A stretch of 32,000 nt of DNA. Origin: Raphidiopsis brookii D9. Lineage in GTDB: Bacteria; Cyanobacteriota; Cyanobacteriia; Cyanobacteriales; Nostocaceae. A model generated the notes under the pieces. It made no database searches, was not told the origin of the DNA, and worked only from the letters and a program-made list of their open reading frames with translations. This document shows, one piece after another, positions 8,156-18,179 of this stretch (position 1 is the first letter of the stretch; each line of letters begins with the position of its first letter). Made by a program: the position numbers and the translations under genes. Where the stretch lies: positions 240,368 to 272,367 of the forward strand of contig ACYB01000042.1 in assembly GCA_000175855.1 (NCBI GenBank), in the 5' to 3' direction.

Positions 8156-9925
8156 CTATGAGGCCACAGCGGTAGAACGCGGCCTTCTTCTTCTACCATC
8201 AGAACCTTTAACTTCGGTTTCGGGTAATTGTTCGGGAACTTGTAGTAACAATGTTACAGAAGCCTGACATTGTAATTCCCTCCGCAGTGACCGACCTAAC
8301 TCTTTCTCTAGGGTGTCTTGCAGTCCACCCCAGTCCACATCACTACTACCTGGGGTGCAAAAATCAGACCAACGAACACTCAGAATCTCTTCAATCCGCT
8401 GCTGTACCCACTTCAATAGTAGCGATCGCTCGATGCTGGTGACTACACCTCGGAGGTAGATTTCTGGTTTAGCCAGCAGTTTACCATTCCAATCAATGGC
8501 TGCTGCTACTGTTGCTAGTCCTTCTGCTGCCATAGTTTGTCTTTCTTGTAGGACTTTGGCGCTTACCATTCCTGAACTAGTGGTATCTACCAGCTCGATA
8601 CCGGAGGGGACTTGAGCAGCAATGCGGATGGAGTTTTCTGCTAATTCTATCACATCTCCATTGCGGATGATTACCATATTTTCTGGGGAAATTCCCATAC
8701 TTTGGGCGGTTTCCGAGTGCTTAACCAGCATCCGGTGTTCCCCATGGACAGGTACAAAAAATTTAGGACGGGTTAGAGCTATCATCAGTTTTTGATCTTC
8801 CTGACAACCATGACCGGAAACGTGTACTCCTTTCTCTCTACCGTAGACTACTTTGGCTCCCTGGATCATTAGTTTGTCAATGGTGTTGACCACGGCAATG
8901 GTGTTACCAGGAATGGGGTTGGCAGAGAAAACTACTGTGTCTCCCTCTCGAATTTTGATGTGGGGGTGTTCTTTATTGGCAATACGGGTCATGGCGGCCA
9001 TGGTTTCCCCTTGGGAACCAGTGGTCAGAATCACTACGTTCTCATCTGGTAAGTTGCGAATGGTATGTAAGGGCTGAAATAGATTGTCTTCACACTTGAT
9101 GTAACCCAGATTACGGGCATGGGCAATGAAGTTCAACATTGAACGTCCTATAACTGTTACCACCCGATTATGTTCCTTGGCCAGCTGCAGTACTATGTTG
9201 ATCCTATGAACGCTGGAAGCAAATGTGGTGACAAATAGCCTTCCCCTCGCTTGAGAAAATACTCGATCCAGATTGGGATAAACCGCACGCTCTGAAGGAG
9301 TAAAACCTGGCACCTCCGCATTGGTTGAGTCGCTCAGGAGACACAATACTCCCTTTTCTCCATGTTCTGCTAGACGCTGTAAATCAAAGGTTTCTCCGTC
9401 TATGGGCGTGTGGTCAATTTTGAAATCCCCTGTGTGAATTACCACCCCTATTGGAGTATGAATAGCAACGGTAAAACTGTCCGCTATGGAATGGGTATTG
9501 CGAATATATTCCACAAAAAAGGACTTGCCAATGCGTACCACGTCACGAGGCATTACCTTTCTTAATTGGGTGCGATCGCTCACTCCTGCTTCTTCTAGTT
9601 TTCCTTCCAGTACAGCTAGTGCTAATCTGGGACCGTAAATAACCGGGATATCAAACTGTTTCAGGTGAAATGCTATGCCACCTATGTGGTCTTCGTGACC
9701 ATGGGTAACAATCATTCCCCGAATCTTATGCTTATTTTCCCTCAAGTATGTGGTGTCGGGTAATACTATATTCACACCGTGCATAGCTTCTGTAGGGAAA
9801 GCCAGTCCAGCATCCAGGAGAATAATTTCATCCTCGTACTCGAAAACACATGTGTTTTTCCCTATTTCGTGCAGTCCCCCCAAGGGAATAATTTTGAGGG
9901 CAGAATTAACTTCGTTTCTAGCCAT
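8156..9925 (-). CDS. rnj: ribonuclease J
   Basis: 589-aa ORF with the metallo-beta-lactamase motif THGHEDHIGG plus a beta-CASP region. N-terminus LKIIPLGGLHEIGKNTCVFEY; AGGAGA lies 4 nt upstream of the ATG. It sits in the asd-dapA-rnj arrangement known from other cyanobacteria. Confidence 0.92.
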   Translation of the reverse strand: MARNEVNSALKIIPLGGLHEIGKNTCVFEYEDEIILLDAGLAFPTEAMHGVNIVLPDTTYLRENKHKIRGMIVTHGHEDHIGGIAFHLKQFDIPVIYGPRLALAVLEGKLEEAGVSDRTQLRKVMPRDVVRIGKSFFVEYIRNTHSIADSFTVAIHTPIGVVIHTGDFKIDHTPIDGETFDLQRLAEHGEKGVLCLLSDSTNAEVPGFTPSERAVYPNLDRVFSQARGRLFVTTFASSVHRINIVLQLAKEHNRVVTVIGRSMLNFIAHARNLGYIKCEDNLFQPLHTIRNLPDENVVILTTGSQGETMAAMTRIANKEHPHIKIREGDTVVFSANPIPGNTIAVVNTIDKLMIQGAKVVYGREKGVHVSGHGCQEDQKLMIALTRPKFFVPVHGEHRMLVKHSETAQSMGISPENMVIIRNGDVIELAENSIRIAAQVPSGIELVDTTSSGMVSAKVLQERQTMAAEGLATVAAAIDWNGKLLAKPEIYLRGVVTSIERSLLLKWVQQRIEEILSVRWSDFCTPGSSDVDWGGLQDTLEKELGRSLRRELQCQASVTLLLQVPEQLPETEVKGSDGRRRRPRSTAVAS

Positions 9926-10209
9926 TGTCTCCTAGATATTGTGTCAGTGATCCGTCAGTTGAAAGTTAGATTTATCGTATAAAATAGAACGCTTGTATAT
10001 CATCTCCCCCAATATGGTCAACCACCAAACCCTGGGGTAAAGATACTCCTGTGTATTTTGTCAAGGCACTTTGTTTATATACATTTTCACATTCTTGTTA
10101 AAGTTTTAACACTTGTTATTTAGAGATGAAACTTCTTCAATGCTACCTGTAGGTAATCTTTATCATTCTGCTTATAAAAGTACCAATGAAGATATTTTAA
10201 AATGGTGAT

Positions 10210-11094
10210 TCAGACCAATTTCATTTCGCACAACACCGTTTTTAATTTCTGACATACTTCCATATCAGCTTCTAATAGTGGCAGACGCAGGGAGCCTACA
10301 TCCCAACCGATTATTTTTAGTGCCTGTTTAACGGGAATGGGGTTGGCAGTTAAAAACAAAGCCTTAAACAGGGGAAAGAGTTGTAGATGAATCTCGGTAG
10401 CAGTTTTAACCTGGCCAAGACTAAAAGACTCAATCATTTGTTTAATTTGATTACCTACTAAATGGGAAGCCACGCTAACCACTCCTTTGGCCCCAATTGC
10501 CAGTAGGGGTAAAGTCAGGGAATCATCTCCAGAGTAAATCTGAAACTCCCGTGGTGTCAAGCGGCGAATTTCGCTGGTTTGATCCAAATTACCACTAGCT
10601 TCTTTAATTCCCACAATGTTATCAATTTCTGCCAGTCGCATAACTGTTTCTGGAATTAAATTTTGACCTGTTCTGCTAGGGACATTATATAACAGGACTG
10701 GCATATCCGGACAGGATTTGGCGATCGCCTGAAAATGGTTATATAGTCCTGACTGGGGAGGTTTATTGTAGTAGGGTACCACTTGTAAAGAACCATGTAG
10801 ACCCAATTTAGCTGCTTTTTGGGTAGCTGCGATCGCCTCTGTAGTGGAATTAGAACCACAACCTGCAATTACCTGAGCTTTTCCCGACACAGCTTGTAGT
10901 ACCTCAACAAACAGCTGGTATTCTTCATCCCAGCTGAGGGTAGGGGACTCGCCAGTTGTACCACATACTAACACAGTATCTGTGCCATTATCAACCAGAT
11001 GGGAGGCCAATTTTCCTGCCATGTCGTAGTTAACGTTCCCCTCCGGTGTAAACGGCGTAATCATTGCCGTTATGACTGTGCCAAAATCTCCCAC
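10210..11094 (-). CDS. dapA: 4-hydroxy-tetrahydrodipicolinate synthase
   Basis: 294-aa ORF with a GTG start ([15 protein letters not shown]...). Motifs [10 protein letters not shown] and YYNKP are typical of DapA. Confidence 0.93.
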   Translation of the reverse strand: MGDFGTVITAMITPFTPEGNVNYDMAGKLASHLVDNGTDTVLVCGTTGESPTLSWDEEYQLFVEVLQAVSGKAQVIAGCGSNSTTEAIAATQKAAKLGLHGSLQVVPYYNKPPQSGLYNHFQAIAKSCPDMPVLLYNVPSRTGQNLIPETVMRLAEIDNIVGIKEASGNLDQTSEIRRLTPREFQIYSGDDSLTLPLLAIGAKGVVSVASHLVGNQIKQMIESFSLGQVKTATEIHLQLFPLFKALFLTANPIPVKQALKIIGWDVGSLRLPLLEADMEVCQKLKTVLCEMKLV

Positions 11095-11168
11095 CCGTTT
11101 TTCACTCCTTACAATAAATTATCAAAGATGACTGACAATCGAGGATTACAAATTGATCATACCGTAGT

Positions 11169-12188
11169 TTAGCCCAGAAGATTTTGTTCGACTAATAATT
11201 CAGCGATTTGTACAGCATTTAAAGCTGCTCCCTTGCGAATCTGATCACCACATAGCCACAGTTCCAGTCCACAGGGGTGGGAAATGTCCTGTCTAATTCT
11301 ACCCACCAAAACCTCATCCTTACCACTAGCTTCCATGGGCATGGGGAAATAATTTTTGTGCCAATCTTCCAGCAATTGAACACCGGGGGAACGGCTTAAA
11401 ATTTCCCTAGCAGTATGTGGAGCAAAAGGGGTGTCAAACTCCAGATTAATAGCTTCCGAATGGGCTCGCAGTACGGGAACCCGCACACAAGTGGCAGTAA
11501 TTCTAATATCTTGATTCCCGAATATTTTCCGGGTTTCGTTGACCATTTTTAATTCCTCCTCACAATATCCCATACTAGTCATGGGAGAGTTATGGGGGAA
11601 TAAATTGAAGGCCAGAGGATAGGGAAGAACCTCGGACACGGGTTGTTTACCTTCCAATATTAACTGGGATTGGACTTTCACCTCTTCCATGGCTTTAGCT
11701 CCAGCACCACTGGCTGATTGATAGGTAGCAGCTACAATTCGTTTAACCGGTTTGACCTGATGTAACGGCCAAACAGCCAATGCCATTAGTATTGTTGTAC
11801 AGTTAGGATTAGCAATAATCCCTTTATGATTCGCCGATTCTTGAGGGTTGACCTCTGGGACAATCAAAGGCACATCCGGGTGCATGCGGAAAGTGCTAGA
11901 ATTATCTATAACTACCGCTCCCCTCTCCACGGCCTTTGGGGCCCAAATTTTGGAGGTTCCACCTCCAGCACTAGCCAAAACAATATCAATCTGGTCAAAG
12001 GATCGGTCATTAACTGACTCTGTTACCAGATTTTCTCCCTGAAATTGGATAACCTTGCCAGCACTGCGTTCTGATGCCAATAATTTTAAATTACCGACCG
12101 GGAATTTACGACTTTCTAGTAGTTCCAGTAGTTCTGTACCAACAGCACCGGTAGCACCCAAAATAGCTATAGAATAGGATTTAGACAA
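11169..12188 (-). CDS. asd: aspartate-semialdehyde dehydrogenase
   Basis: 339-aa ORF with an ILGATGAVG Rossmann motif and an active-site region NPNCTTI. The start is TTG at 12188-12186, with AAGGAG 6 nt upstream. Confidence 0.92.
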   Translation of the reverse strand: MSKSYSIAILGATGAVGTELLELLESRKFPVGNLKLLASERSAGKVIQFQGENLVTESVNDRSFDQIDIVLASAGGGTSKIWAPKAVERGAVVIDNSSTFRMHPDVPLIVPEVNPQESANHKGIIANPNCTTILMALAVWPLHQVKPVKRIVAATYQSASGAGAKAMEEVKVQSQLILEGKQPVSEVLPYPLAFNLFPHNSPMTSMGYCEEELKMVNETRKIFGNQDIRITATCVRVPVLRAHSEAINLEFDTPFAPHTAREILSRSPGVQLLEDWHKNYFPMPMEASGKDEVLVGRIRQDISHPCGLELWLCGDQIRKGAALNAVQIAELLVEQNLLG

Positions 12189-12483
12189 ATGGGACTCCTT
12201 AAACTAATCCCCTCCATTGTAGCAGAAAATCACCATGAGTAGAATGGATATGAGGTTGGCTAAAAACAACTTTTAGATAAAATAGGGAATGGACAATGGG
12301 GGTAGCAAGCTGGTTTAAGTTTCCACCACACACTATACCATTCCCCAAACTGCACAAAACTGATTTATAATTTCTAACGGTTGCTGTTGATTATCAGCGA
12401 TTATCACAACATCTGTACCCTAGCAAGTTAGTTAAATCAGATTACTACAGCTATCAAGATAAAAATACCACAAGAGACTAAGC

Positions 12484-13833
12484 ATGAAAATTACCCAGGA
12501 AAAACTAGAAAAAAGCCAAATTGGACTAGAAATAGAAATTACACAGGAATCCACCAGAGAAAAGTACGAGCAAGTAATTAAAGACCTAATGCGTAATGTA
12601 AACATTCCTGGGTTTCGTAAAGGCAAAGTAAGCCGACAGATATTATTGCAACGTATTGGTGCAAATCGTGTTAAAGCATCTGTATTAGAAGAATTAATTC
12701 CAGAAGCTATTGAACAAGCAGTTAAACAAGAGAATATAAAAGCCATTGGTCAGCCAAAACTGGTTTCATCTTTCGATGATCTTATTGGTAAATATAAGCC
12801 AGGAGAAACCTTGACATTTTCCGCTGCAGTGGATGTGGAACCTGAAGTAAAAATTAAACAATACACAGGAATGCAAATTAAAGCGGAGGAAGTCAAGTAT
12901 GATTCCAGCCAAGTAGATCGGGCCATTGAGGAAGAACGGGAGAAAATAGCGACCTTAGTCCCAGTAGAGGGAAGGGCGGCCCAACTAGGAGATGTAGCGC
13001 TAGTGGATTTTCATGGAGTACTGACAGAAGACCCAAAACCGATTCCTGGCGCTGAGGGAGAAGATTTTTCAGTAGATTTAAATGAGGATCGGTTTATTCC
13101 TGGATTTGTCACTGGTATAGTAGGCATGATTCCGGGAGAAACTAGGGAAATTCCAGCCCAGTTTCCCCATAATTACCCTGATGAGGAACTGTCCAATAAA
13201 GCAGCATTGTTTACAGTAACACTCAAGGAAATTAAGGAAAAAGAACTACCGGAACTAGACGACAATTTTGCCGAAGAGGTCAGTGATTTCAAAACTTTAG
13301 CAGAATTAAGAGCATCCTTAGAAAAACAATTTCAACAGAAGGTGGAAGAAAAAAATACTGAAAATAAGCACAACGCCTTGTTGCAAGAGTTGTTGCAGCA
13401 TGTAGAAATTGATTTGCCAGAAACCATGATTGAACAGCAGGTAGATCACAAATTGGAGAAAACTGCTTTCAATCTGGCACAGCAGGGTTTGGACGTGAAA
13501 AGACTGTTCACTAGGGAAACCGTTGTTCAATTACGAGAAAATATACGACCCTCTGCAATTGAGGATCTTAAACGCGACTTAGCCATAAGAGAAATCGCTA
13601 AACAGGAATCAATCACAGTAGATAAGGAAGAAGTTCAGAAAAAAGCCGCCGAGGTGTTACAACAATACTCTAATGAAGACATAGATGTAAAGAATTTAAA
13701 TTTAGTATTAGAGATAGAGTTAGAAAGAGAGAAAGTTCTGGAGTGGCTAATTACCAACTCATCCATAGAACTAGTACCAGAAGGTTCCTTGAGTGGTGGA
13801 GACCAGGAACCAGAAACCGCCACTCCTGAGTAA
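12484..13833 (+). CDS. tig: trigger factor
   Basis: 449-aa ORF with an N-terminal ribosome-binding motif GFRKGKV and a central FKBP-like region. It lies upstream of clpP-clpX, as in many bacteria. Confidence 0.93.
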   Translation: MKITQEKLEKSQIGLEIEITQESTREKYEQVIKDLMRNVNIPGFRKGKVSRQILLQRIGANRVKASVLEELIPEAIEQAVKQENIKAIGQPKLVSSFDDLIGKYKPGETLTFSAAVDVEPEVKIKQYTGMQIKAEEVKYDSSQVDRAIEEEREKIATLVPVEGRAAQLGDVALVDFHGVLTEDPKPIPGAEGEDFSVDLNEDRFIPGFVTGIVGMIPGETREIPAQFPHNYPDEELSNKAALFTVTLKEIKEKELPELDDNFAEEVSDFKTLAELRASLEKQFQQKVEEKNTENKHNALLQELLQHVEIDLPETMIEQQVDHKLEKTAFNLAQQGLDVKRLFTRETVVQLRENIRPSAIEDLKRDLAIREIAKQESITVDKEEVQKKAAEVLQQYSNEDIDVKNLNLVLEIELEREKVLEWLITNSSIELVPEGSLSGGDQEPETATPE

Positions 13834-13838
13834 GAAGA

Positions 13839-13882
13839 ATGGGAAGACACATAGACACTAGTAGTTTGCAAAGTCTTCCCAT
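13839..13882 (+). terminator. hairpin just downstream of tig (10-bp stem, 24-nt loop)
   Basis: ATGGGAAGAC (13839-13848) pairs perfectly with GTCTTCCCAT (13873-13882). An AT-rich tract containing TTTTT follows 15 nt later. The large loop makes a classical terminator uncertain. Confidence 0.35.
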
Positions 13883-14052
13883 GAATAAATACCTAATTTT
13901 TCCAAAGAAACCACAAGAAAAGTAAATATAAGGCATAATGGTTAGCACGAACCCTAAAAACCGTGATATTTAAAAACCATATCCTCGCCTTCATCTCCCA
14001 TGGAGTTACATCCTGTCCAAATTAGTCTAACTGAAGTTTTAAATATTTTTGT

Positions 14053-14763
14053 ATGCTTATATCACAGTCGGAAAATGCCCCAATTACCAGTCTGACCACC
14101 ATGAATATCCAATGTGGTTATAATGGAATAAATCCTAGCCCTAGCAGTATTGTCCCCATGGTGGTGGAACAATCTGGTATGGGGGAGAGAGCATTTGATA
14201 TATACTCGCGATTGTTGCGGGAGCGGATTATTTTTTTAGGAACGGCCATAGATGACAATGTAGCCAACTCCATAGTTGCCCAATTGTTGTTTCTGGATGC
14301 GGAAGACCCAGAAAAGGACGTTCAACTGTACATCAACTCCCCTGGGGGGTCTGTTTATGCAGGAATGGCAATCTATGATACTATCCAACAAATACGTCCT
14401 GATGTAGTAACTATTTGTTTTGGACTAGCAGCTAGTATGGGAGCATTTTTGTTAACTGCAGGGACTGCGGGCAAGCGCATGTCATTACCAGATTCACGGA
14501 TCATGATTCATCAACCACTGGGCGGTGCTCAAGGACAAGCAATTGATATTGAAATCCAAGCGCGCGAGATTCTTTACATTAAAGCTAATTTAAATCAACT
14601 AATGTCAAAACATACTGGGCAACCTTTAGAAAGAATTGAAGCTGATACCGAGCGTGACTTTTTTATGTCACCACAGGAAGCTAAAGATTATGGCTTAATT
14701 GACCAGGTTATTTCCAGGCAAAATCTCCCCTCATCTGGGGCACCAGTCACCATAGTTAAATAA
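14053..14763 (+). CDS. clpP: ATP-dependent Clp protease proteolytic subunit
   Basis: 236-aa ORF with catalytic-site contexts [11 protein letters not shown] and IMIHQPLGG. The N-terminal extension resembles the clpX-linked ClpP2 of filamentous cyanobacteria as I recall. Alternative starts at 14101 or 14158 are possible. Confidence 0.9.
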   Translation: MLISQSENAPITSLTTMNIQCGYNGINPSPSSIVPMVVEQSGMGERAFDIYSRLLRERIIFLGTAIDDNVANSIVAQLLFLDAEDPEKDVQLYINSPGGSVYAGMAIYDTIQQIRPDVVTICFGLAASMGAFLLTAGTAGKRMSLPDSRIMIHQPLGGAQGQAIDIEIQAREILYIKANLNQLMSKHTGQPLERIEADTERDFFMSPQEAKDYGLIDQVISRQNLPSSGAPVTIVK

Positions 14764-14773
14764 GAGGCTTGAT

Positions 14774-16098
14774 ATGTCTAAATACGATTCACACTTAAAA
14801 TGTTCGTTTTGCGGCAAGTCTCAGGAGCAAGTGCGGAAATTAATTGCAGGTCCGGGAGTATACATCTGTGACGAATGTGTTGAGCTGTGCAACGAAATTT
14901 TGGACGAAGAACTGTTAGATGCTGCTAATAACCCGGCAAATTCTTCCCCACCCAAACCAGAACAAACTCCAAAACGTCGTACTAATTCTGCTAATCTCTC
15001 CCTGAATCAAATTCCTAAACCCAGGGAAATTAAAAATTACTTAGATGATCACGTTATTGGGCAAGACGAGGCAAAGAAGGTTCTTTCTGTTGCTGTTTAC
15101 AATCACTACAAACGGTTAGCAGTAGCTCAAGGTAAAGCAGAGGATAGTGTGGAGTTACAAAAATCCAACATTCTCTTAATTGGTCCTACTGGTTGTGGTA
15201 AAACCCTGTTAGCTCAAACCTTAGCCAAAATCCTGGATGTTCCCTTTGCTGTAGCGGATGCCACAACCTTAACAGAAGCAGGATATGTGGGAGAGGATGT
15301 AGAGAATATTCTCCTGAGACTATTACAAGTTGCCAACTTGGATGTGGAAGAAGCACAAAGAGGGATAATCTACATTGACGAAATAGATAAAATTGCTCGT
15401 AAGAGTGAAAACACTTCCATTACTAGGGATGTATCTGGTGAAGGTGTACAACAGGCCCTTTTAAAAATGTTAGAAGGTACTGTTGCCAATGTACCACCCC
15501 AGGGGGACGTAAACATCCCTATCAGGACTGCATTCAGATTGACACTAGCAACATCCTGTTTATTTGCGGCGGAGCTTTTGTCGGTTTAGAAAAAGTAGTA
15601 GACCACAGAGTTGGCAAAAAGTCAATGGGCTTTGTGCAGTCTGGGGAAGGGCAATCTAAAGAAAAACGCGTAGCAACTACCCTCAAACAATTAGAACCCG
15701 ATGATTTAGTTAAATTCGGCATGATTCCAGAATTTATCGGACGCATGCCCATGGTAGCAGTGGTTGAACCCTTGGATGAGGATGCTCTCATGGCCATTCT
15801 CACCCAGCCCCGTAGTGCTTTAGTCAAGCAATATCAAAAACTGCTTAAAATGGATAATGTAAACCTGGAGTTTAAAGAAGAAGCATTAAGTGCGATCGCC
15901 CAAGAGGCATACAGGAGAAAAACAGGAGCCAGGGCGCTACGAGGGATTGTAGAGGAACTAATGTTAGACGTAATGTATGAGTTGCCATCTCGTAAAGATG
16001 TAACCACCTGCACAGTGACAAGAGAGATGGTAGAGAAGCGTTCTACAGCTGAATTGTTAGTTCATCCTTCTTCCCTACCTAAGCCAGAATCTGCCTAG
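14774..16098 (+). pseudogene. clpX: ATP-dependent Clp protease ATP-binding subunit ClpX, frame broken once as given
   Basis: Zinc-binding CSFCG...CDEC and Walker [12 protein letters not shown] 14774..15589 derails after PPQG. Adding one G to the G5 run 15502-15506 restores [47 protein letters not shown]..., continuous with ORF 15625..16098 (441 aa in total). Confidence 0.9.
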
Positions 16099-16119
16099 AC
16101 TAGATAGATAAAAGAGTTT

Positions 16120-16143
16120 GGGGATGAGATATAGCGTGTCCCC
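16120..16143 (+). terminator. weak hairpin plus T-rich tail downstream of clpX
   Basis: GGGGA (16120-16124) pairs with TCCCC (16139-16143) around a 14-nt loop, followed by CTATTCTTTATT. Confidence 0.3.
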
Positions 16144-16227
16144 CTATTCTTTATTAATCCTGTGGTAAGTGTTCTGGAAAACCTATATAAAAAAGCTATA
16201 TATTATATAGATTATAACTAGCGGTTT

Positions 16228-17079
16228 ATGGCTTATATAGAAGTTCGCGGTGTGAATCACTACTATGAGTGGATAAGAAAACCATCGGAAATAGCAAAAC
16301 CGGTGATAGTGTTTTTGCATGGTTGGGCAGGTTCTTGTAGATATTGGCGCAGTACAGCCGAAGTATTATCGGAGAGATTTGATTGTTTGTTGTATGATTT
16401 AAGAGGTTTTGGTAGTTCCGAGTGTCAGCCTAAGAATAATCAAGAACCTATTAAATTAAGTTATGAACTAACAGAATACGCGGAGGATTTAGCAGCTTTA
16501 TTAAACCAATTGAACCTAGAGCGAGTGTATATTAATGCTCATTCCATGGGAGCTTCAATTGCCACCTTATTTTTCAATCGTTATCCCCAAAGGGTGGTGA
16601 AAGGGATTTTGACTTGTAGTGGAATTTTTGAATATGACGAAAAAGCCTTTGCTGCATTTTATCAATTTGGTGGATATGTAGTTAAATTTCGCCCTCAATG
16701 GTTAACCAAAATACCCTTAGCTGACAGAATGTTCATGGCGAGATTTTTGCATCGTCCAATTCCTGATAGTGAAAGAATAGCCTTTTTAGAAGATTTTGTA
16801 GCTGCGAATTACGATGCAGCTCTAGGGACAATTTTCACATCTGTAAGCAAAGAACAAGCAGAAACCATGCCTGATGAATTTGCCAAATTAACAGTACCCA
16901 CATTATTAATTGCTGGAGAGCATGATATCATCATTCCTGCTGATCTCGGGAAAAAAGCAGCCAATTTGAATGATAAAATTCAGTTAGAAATAATCCCTGA
17001 TACTGCTCATTTTCCTATGTTAGAGGATCCAGAGACTTATTTAGATAAAGTACAAGGTTTTCTAGTCGCTAATATTTAG
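16228..17079 (+). CDS. alpha/beta-fold hydrolase
   Basis: 283-aa ORF with an oxyanion region FLHGWAGS, a nucleophile elbow AHSMG and a C-terminal His context DTAHFPMLE. Confidence 0.8.
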   Translation: MAYIEVRGVNHYYEWIRKPSEIAKPVIVFLHGWAGSCRYWRSTAEVLSERFDCLLYDLRGFGSSECQPKNNQEPIKLSYELTEYAEDLAALLNQLNLERVYINAHSMGASIATLFFNRYPQRVVKGILTCSGIFEYDEKAFAAFYQFGGYVVKFRPQWLTKIPLADRMFMARFLHRPIPDSERIAFLEDFVAANYDAALGTIFTSVSKEQAETMPDEFAKLTVPTLLIAGEHDIIIPADLGKKAANLNDKIQLEIIPDTAHFPMLEDPETYLDKVQGFLVANI

Positions 17080-17090
17080 GGAAGTAAAGT

Positions 17091-17558
17091 ATGAATATTG
17101 GGAATTTAGAAGACTTAGGGTTAGGAGATTTACAACAACTGCACGAAACAGATGATTACCAGTGGTTATTGACCAACATTAAACTATTGAAGAATAGGCA
17201 GTTTGACCAGCTGGATTTAGAAAATTTAATTGAGGAATTAACTGACTTGGGTAATGAGAAAAAAAATGCAGTAGAAAGTTTGCTGCAACAGATTATTAGG
17301 CACTTATTACTCTACCAGTATTGGAATGTGGAAATTGAGAGAAATTCTGGACATTGGCAAGCGGAAATTTATAACTTTCGAGATCAGCTAAATAGTAAAT
17401 TAACCAGTAACTTACGTAGCCATCTAGTTGGAGAAATGCCAAAGATTTATCAAAGAGCCTTAGGTTACGTACAACGAAAAACAAACTATCAAATTGATTT
17501 TCCTAGAGAATCTCCCTACAGTTTAGAACAGTTGCTAGATATTAATTATCTTAGTTGA
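17091..17558 (+). CDS. DUF29 family protein (copy 1)
   Basis: 155-aa ORF. The pattern YETDxYxW...LLKNRQFDQLDLENLIEELxDLGxxEKxxxxS....I.HLL..QYW......W..E....R is the DUF29 pattern abundant in cyanobacteria. Confidence 0.75.
   Translation: MNIGNLEDLGLGDLQQLHETDDYQWLLTNIKLLKNRQFDQLDLENLIEELTDLGNEKKNAVESLLQQIIRHLLLYQYWNVEIERNSGHWQAEIYNFRDQLNSKLTSNLRSHLVGEMPKIYQRALGYVQRKTNYQIDFPRESPYSLEQLLDINYLS
17121..17272 (+). repeat. 152-nt tract near-identical to 17625-17776 (5' part of the DUF29 paralogues)
   Basis: Codon-by-codon comparison by eye shows a single mismatch (17142 C versus 17646 T) across 152 nt. The flanking first 30 nt have 6 differences, and the 3' halves are heavily diverged. Confidence 0.85.
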
Positions 17559-17594
17559 CTAACCATTAGTAAATGAAAAGCTTAGAGGTAAAGT

Positions 17595-18062
17595 ATGAGT
17601 ATTGGCAAGTTAAAAGACTTAAAGTTAGGAGATTTACAACAACTGTACGAAACAGATGATTACCAGTGGTTATTGACCAACATTAAACTATTGAAGAATA
17701 GGCAGTTTGACCAGCTGGATTTAGAAAATTTAATTGAGGAATTAACTGACTTGGGTAATGAGAAAAAAAATGCAGTTAGGAGTTTATTAGAGCAGATTAT
17801 CAGACACTTATTATTGATACAATATTGGCAGGAAGAACACGAAATAAATAGTCATCATTGGCAATCAGAATTGCTGGGATTTCGTTATCAAATGCAAGAT
17901 AGATTAACAACCAACTTACAATTGTTTCTAGCTCAGGAGATGGAAAATACTTATCAAAGAGCATTAAAATTTGTCCAGATCAAGACAAAATTTAAAGTAC
18001 AGTTTCCCGCTGAGTGCCCTTACACCCTGGAACAATTATTAAATATCGATTATACCGGTTGA
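17595..18062 (+). CDS. DUF29 family protein (copy 2, tandem paralogue)
   Basis: 155-aa ORF, collinear with copy 1 at an offset of 504 nt. Confidence 0.75.
   Translation: MSIGKLKDLKLGDLQQLYETDDYQWLLTNIKLLKNRQFDQLDLENLIEELTDLGNEKKNAVRSLLEQIIRHLLLIQYWQEEHEINSHHWQSELLGFRYQMQDRLTTNLQLFLAQEMENTYQRALKFVQIKTKFKVQFPAECPYTLEQLLNIDYTG
17625..17776 (+). repeat. partner copy of the 17121-17272 tract
   Basis: Same comparison as for 17121-17272. Confidence 0.85.
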
Positions 18063-18179
18063 CAAAAATAAAAACTTGTGGAATAATCATTCTGTCTAAA
18101 TGTGGCAAAATGTGGCAAAGCATCAGAAATAACAATTTAATCTTAAACTATGGGTATTGTAAGGAGTGAAAGGAAACAA

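Noticed and set aside
15534-15827. 97-aa minus-strand ORF spanning the clpX break
   Set aside because: It is antisense to a highly conserved clpX coding region and is only open by chance. No start context or family resemblance.
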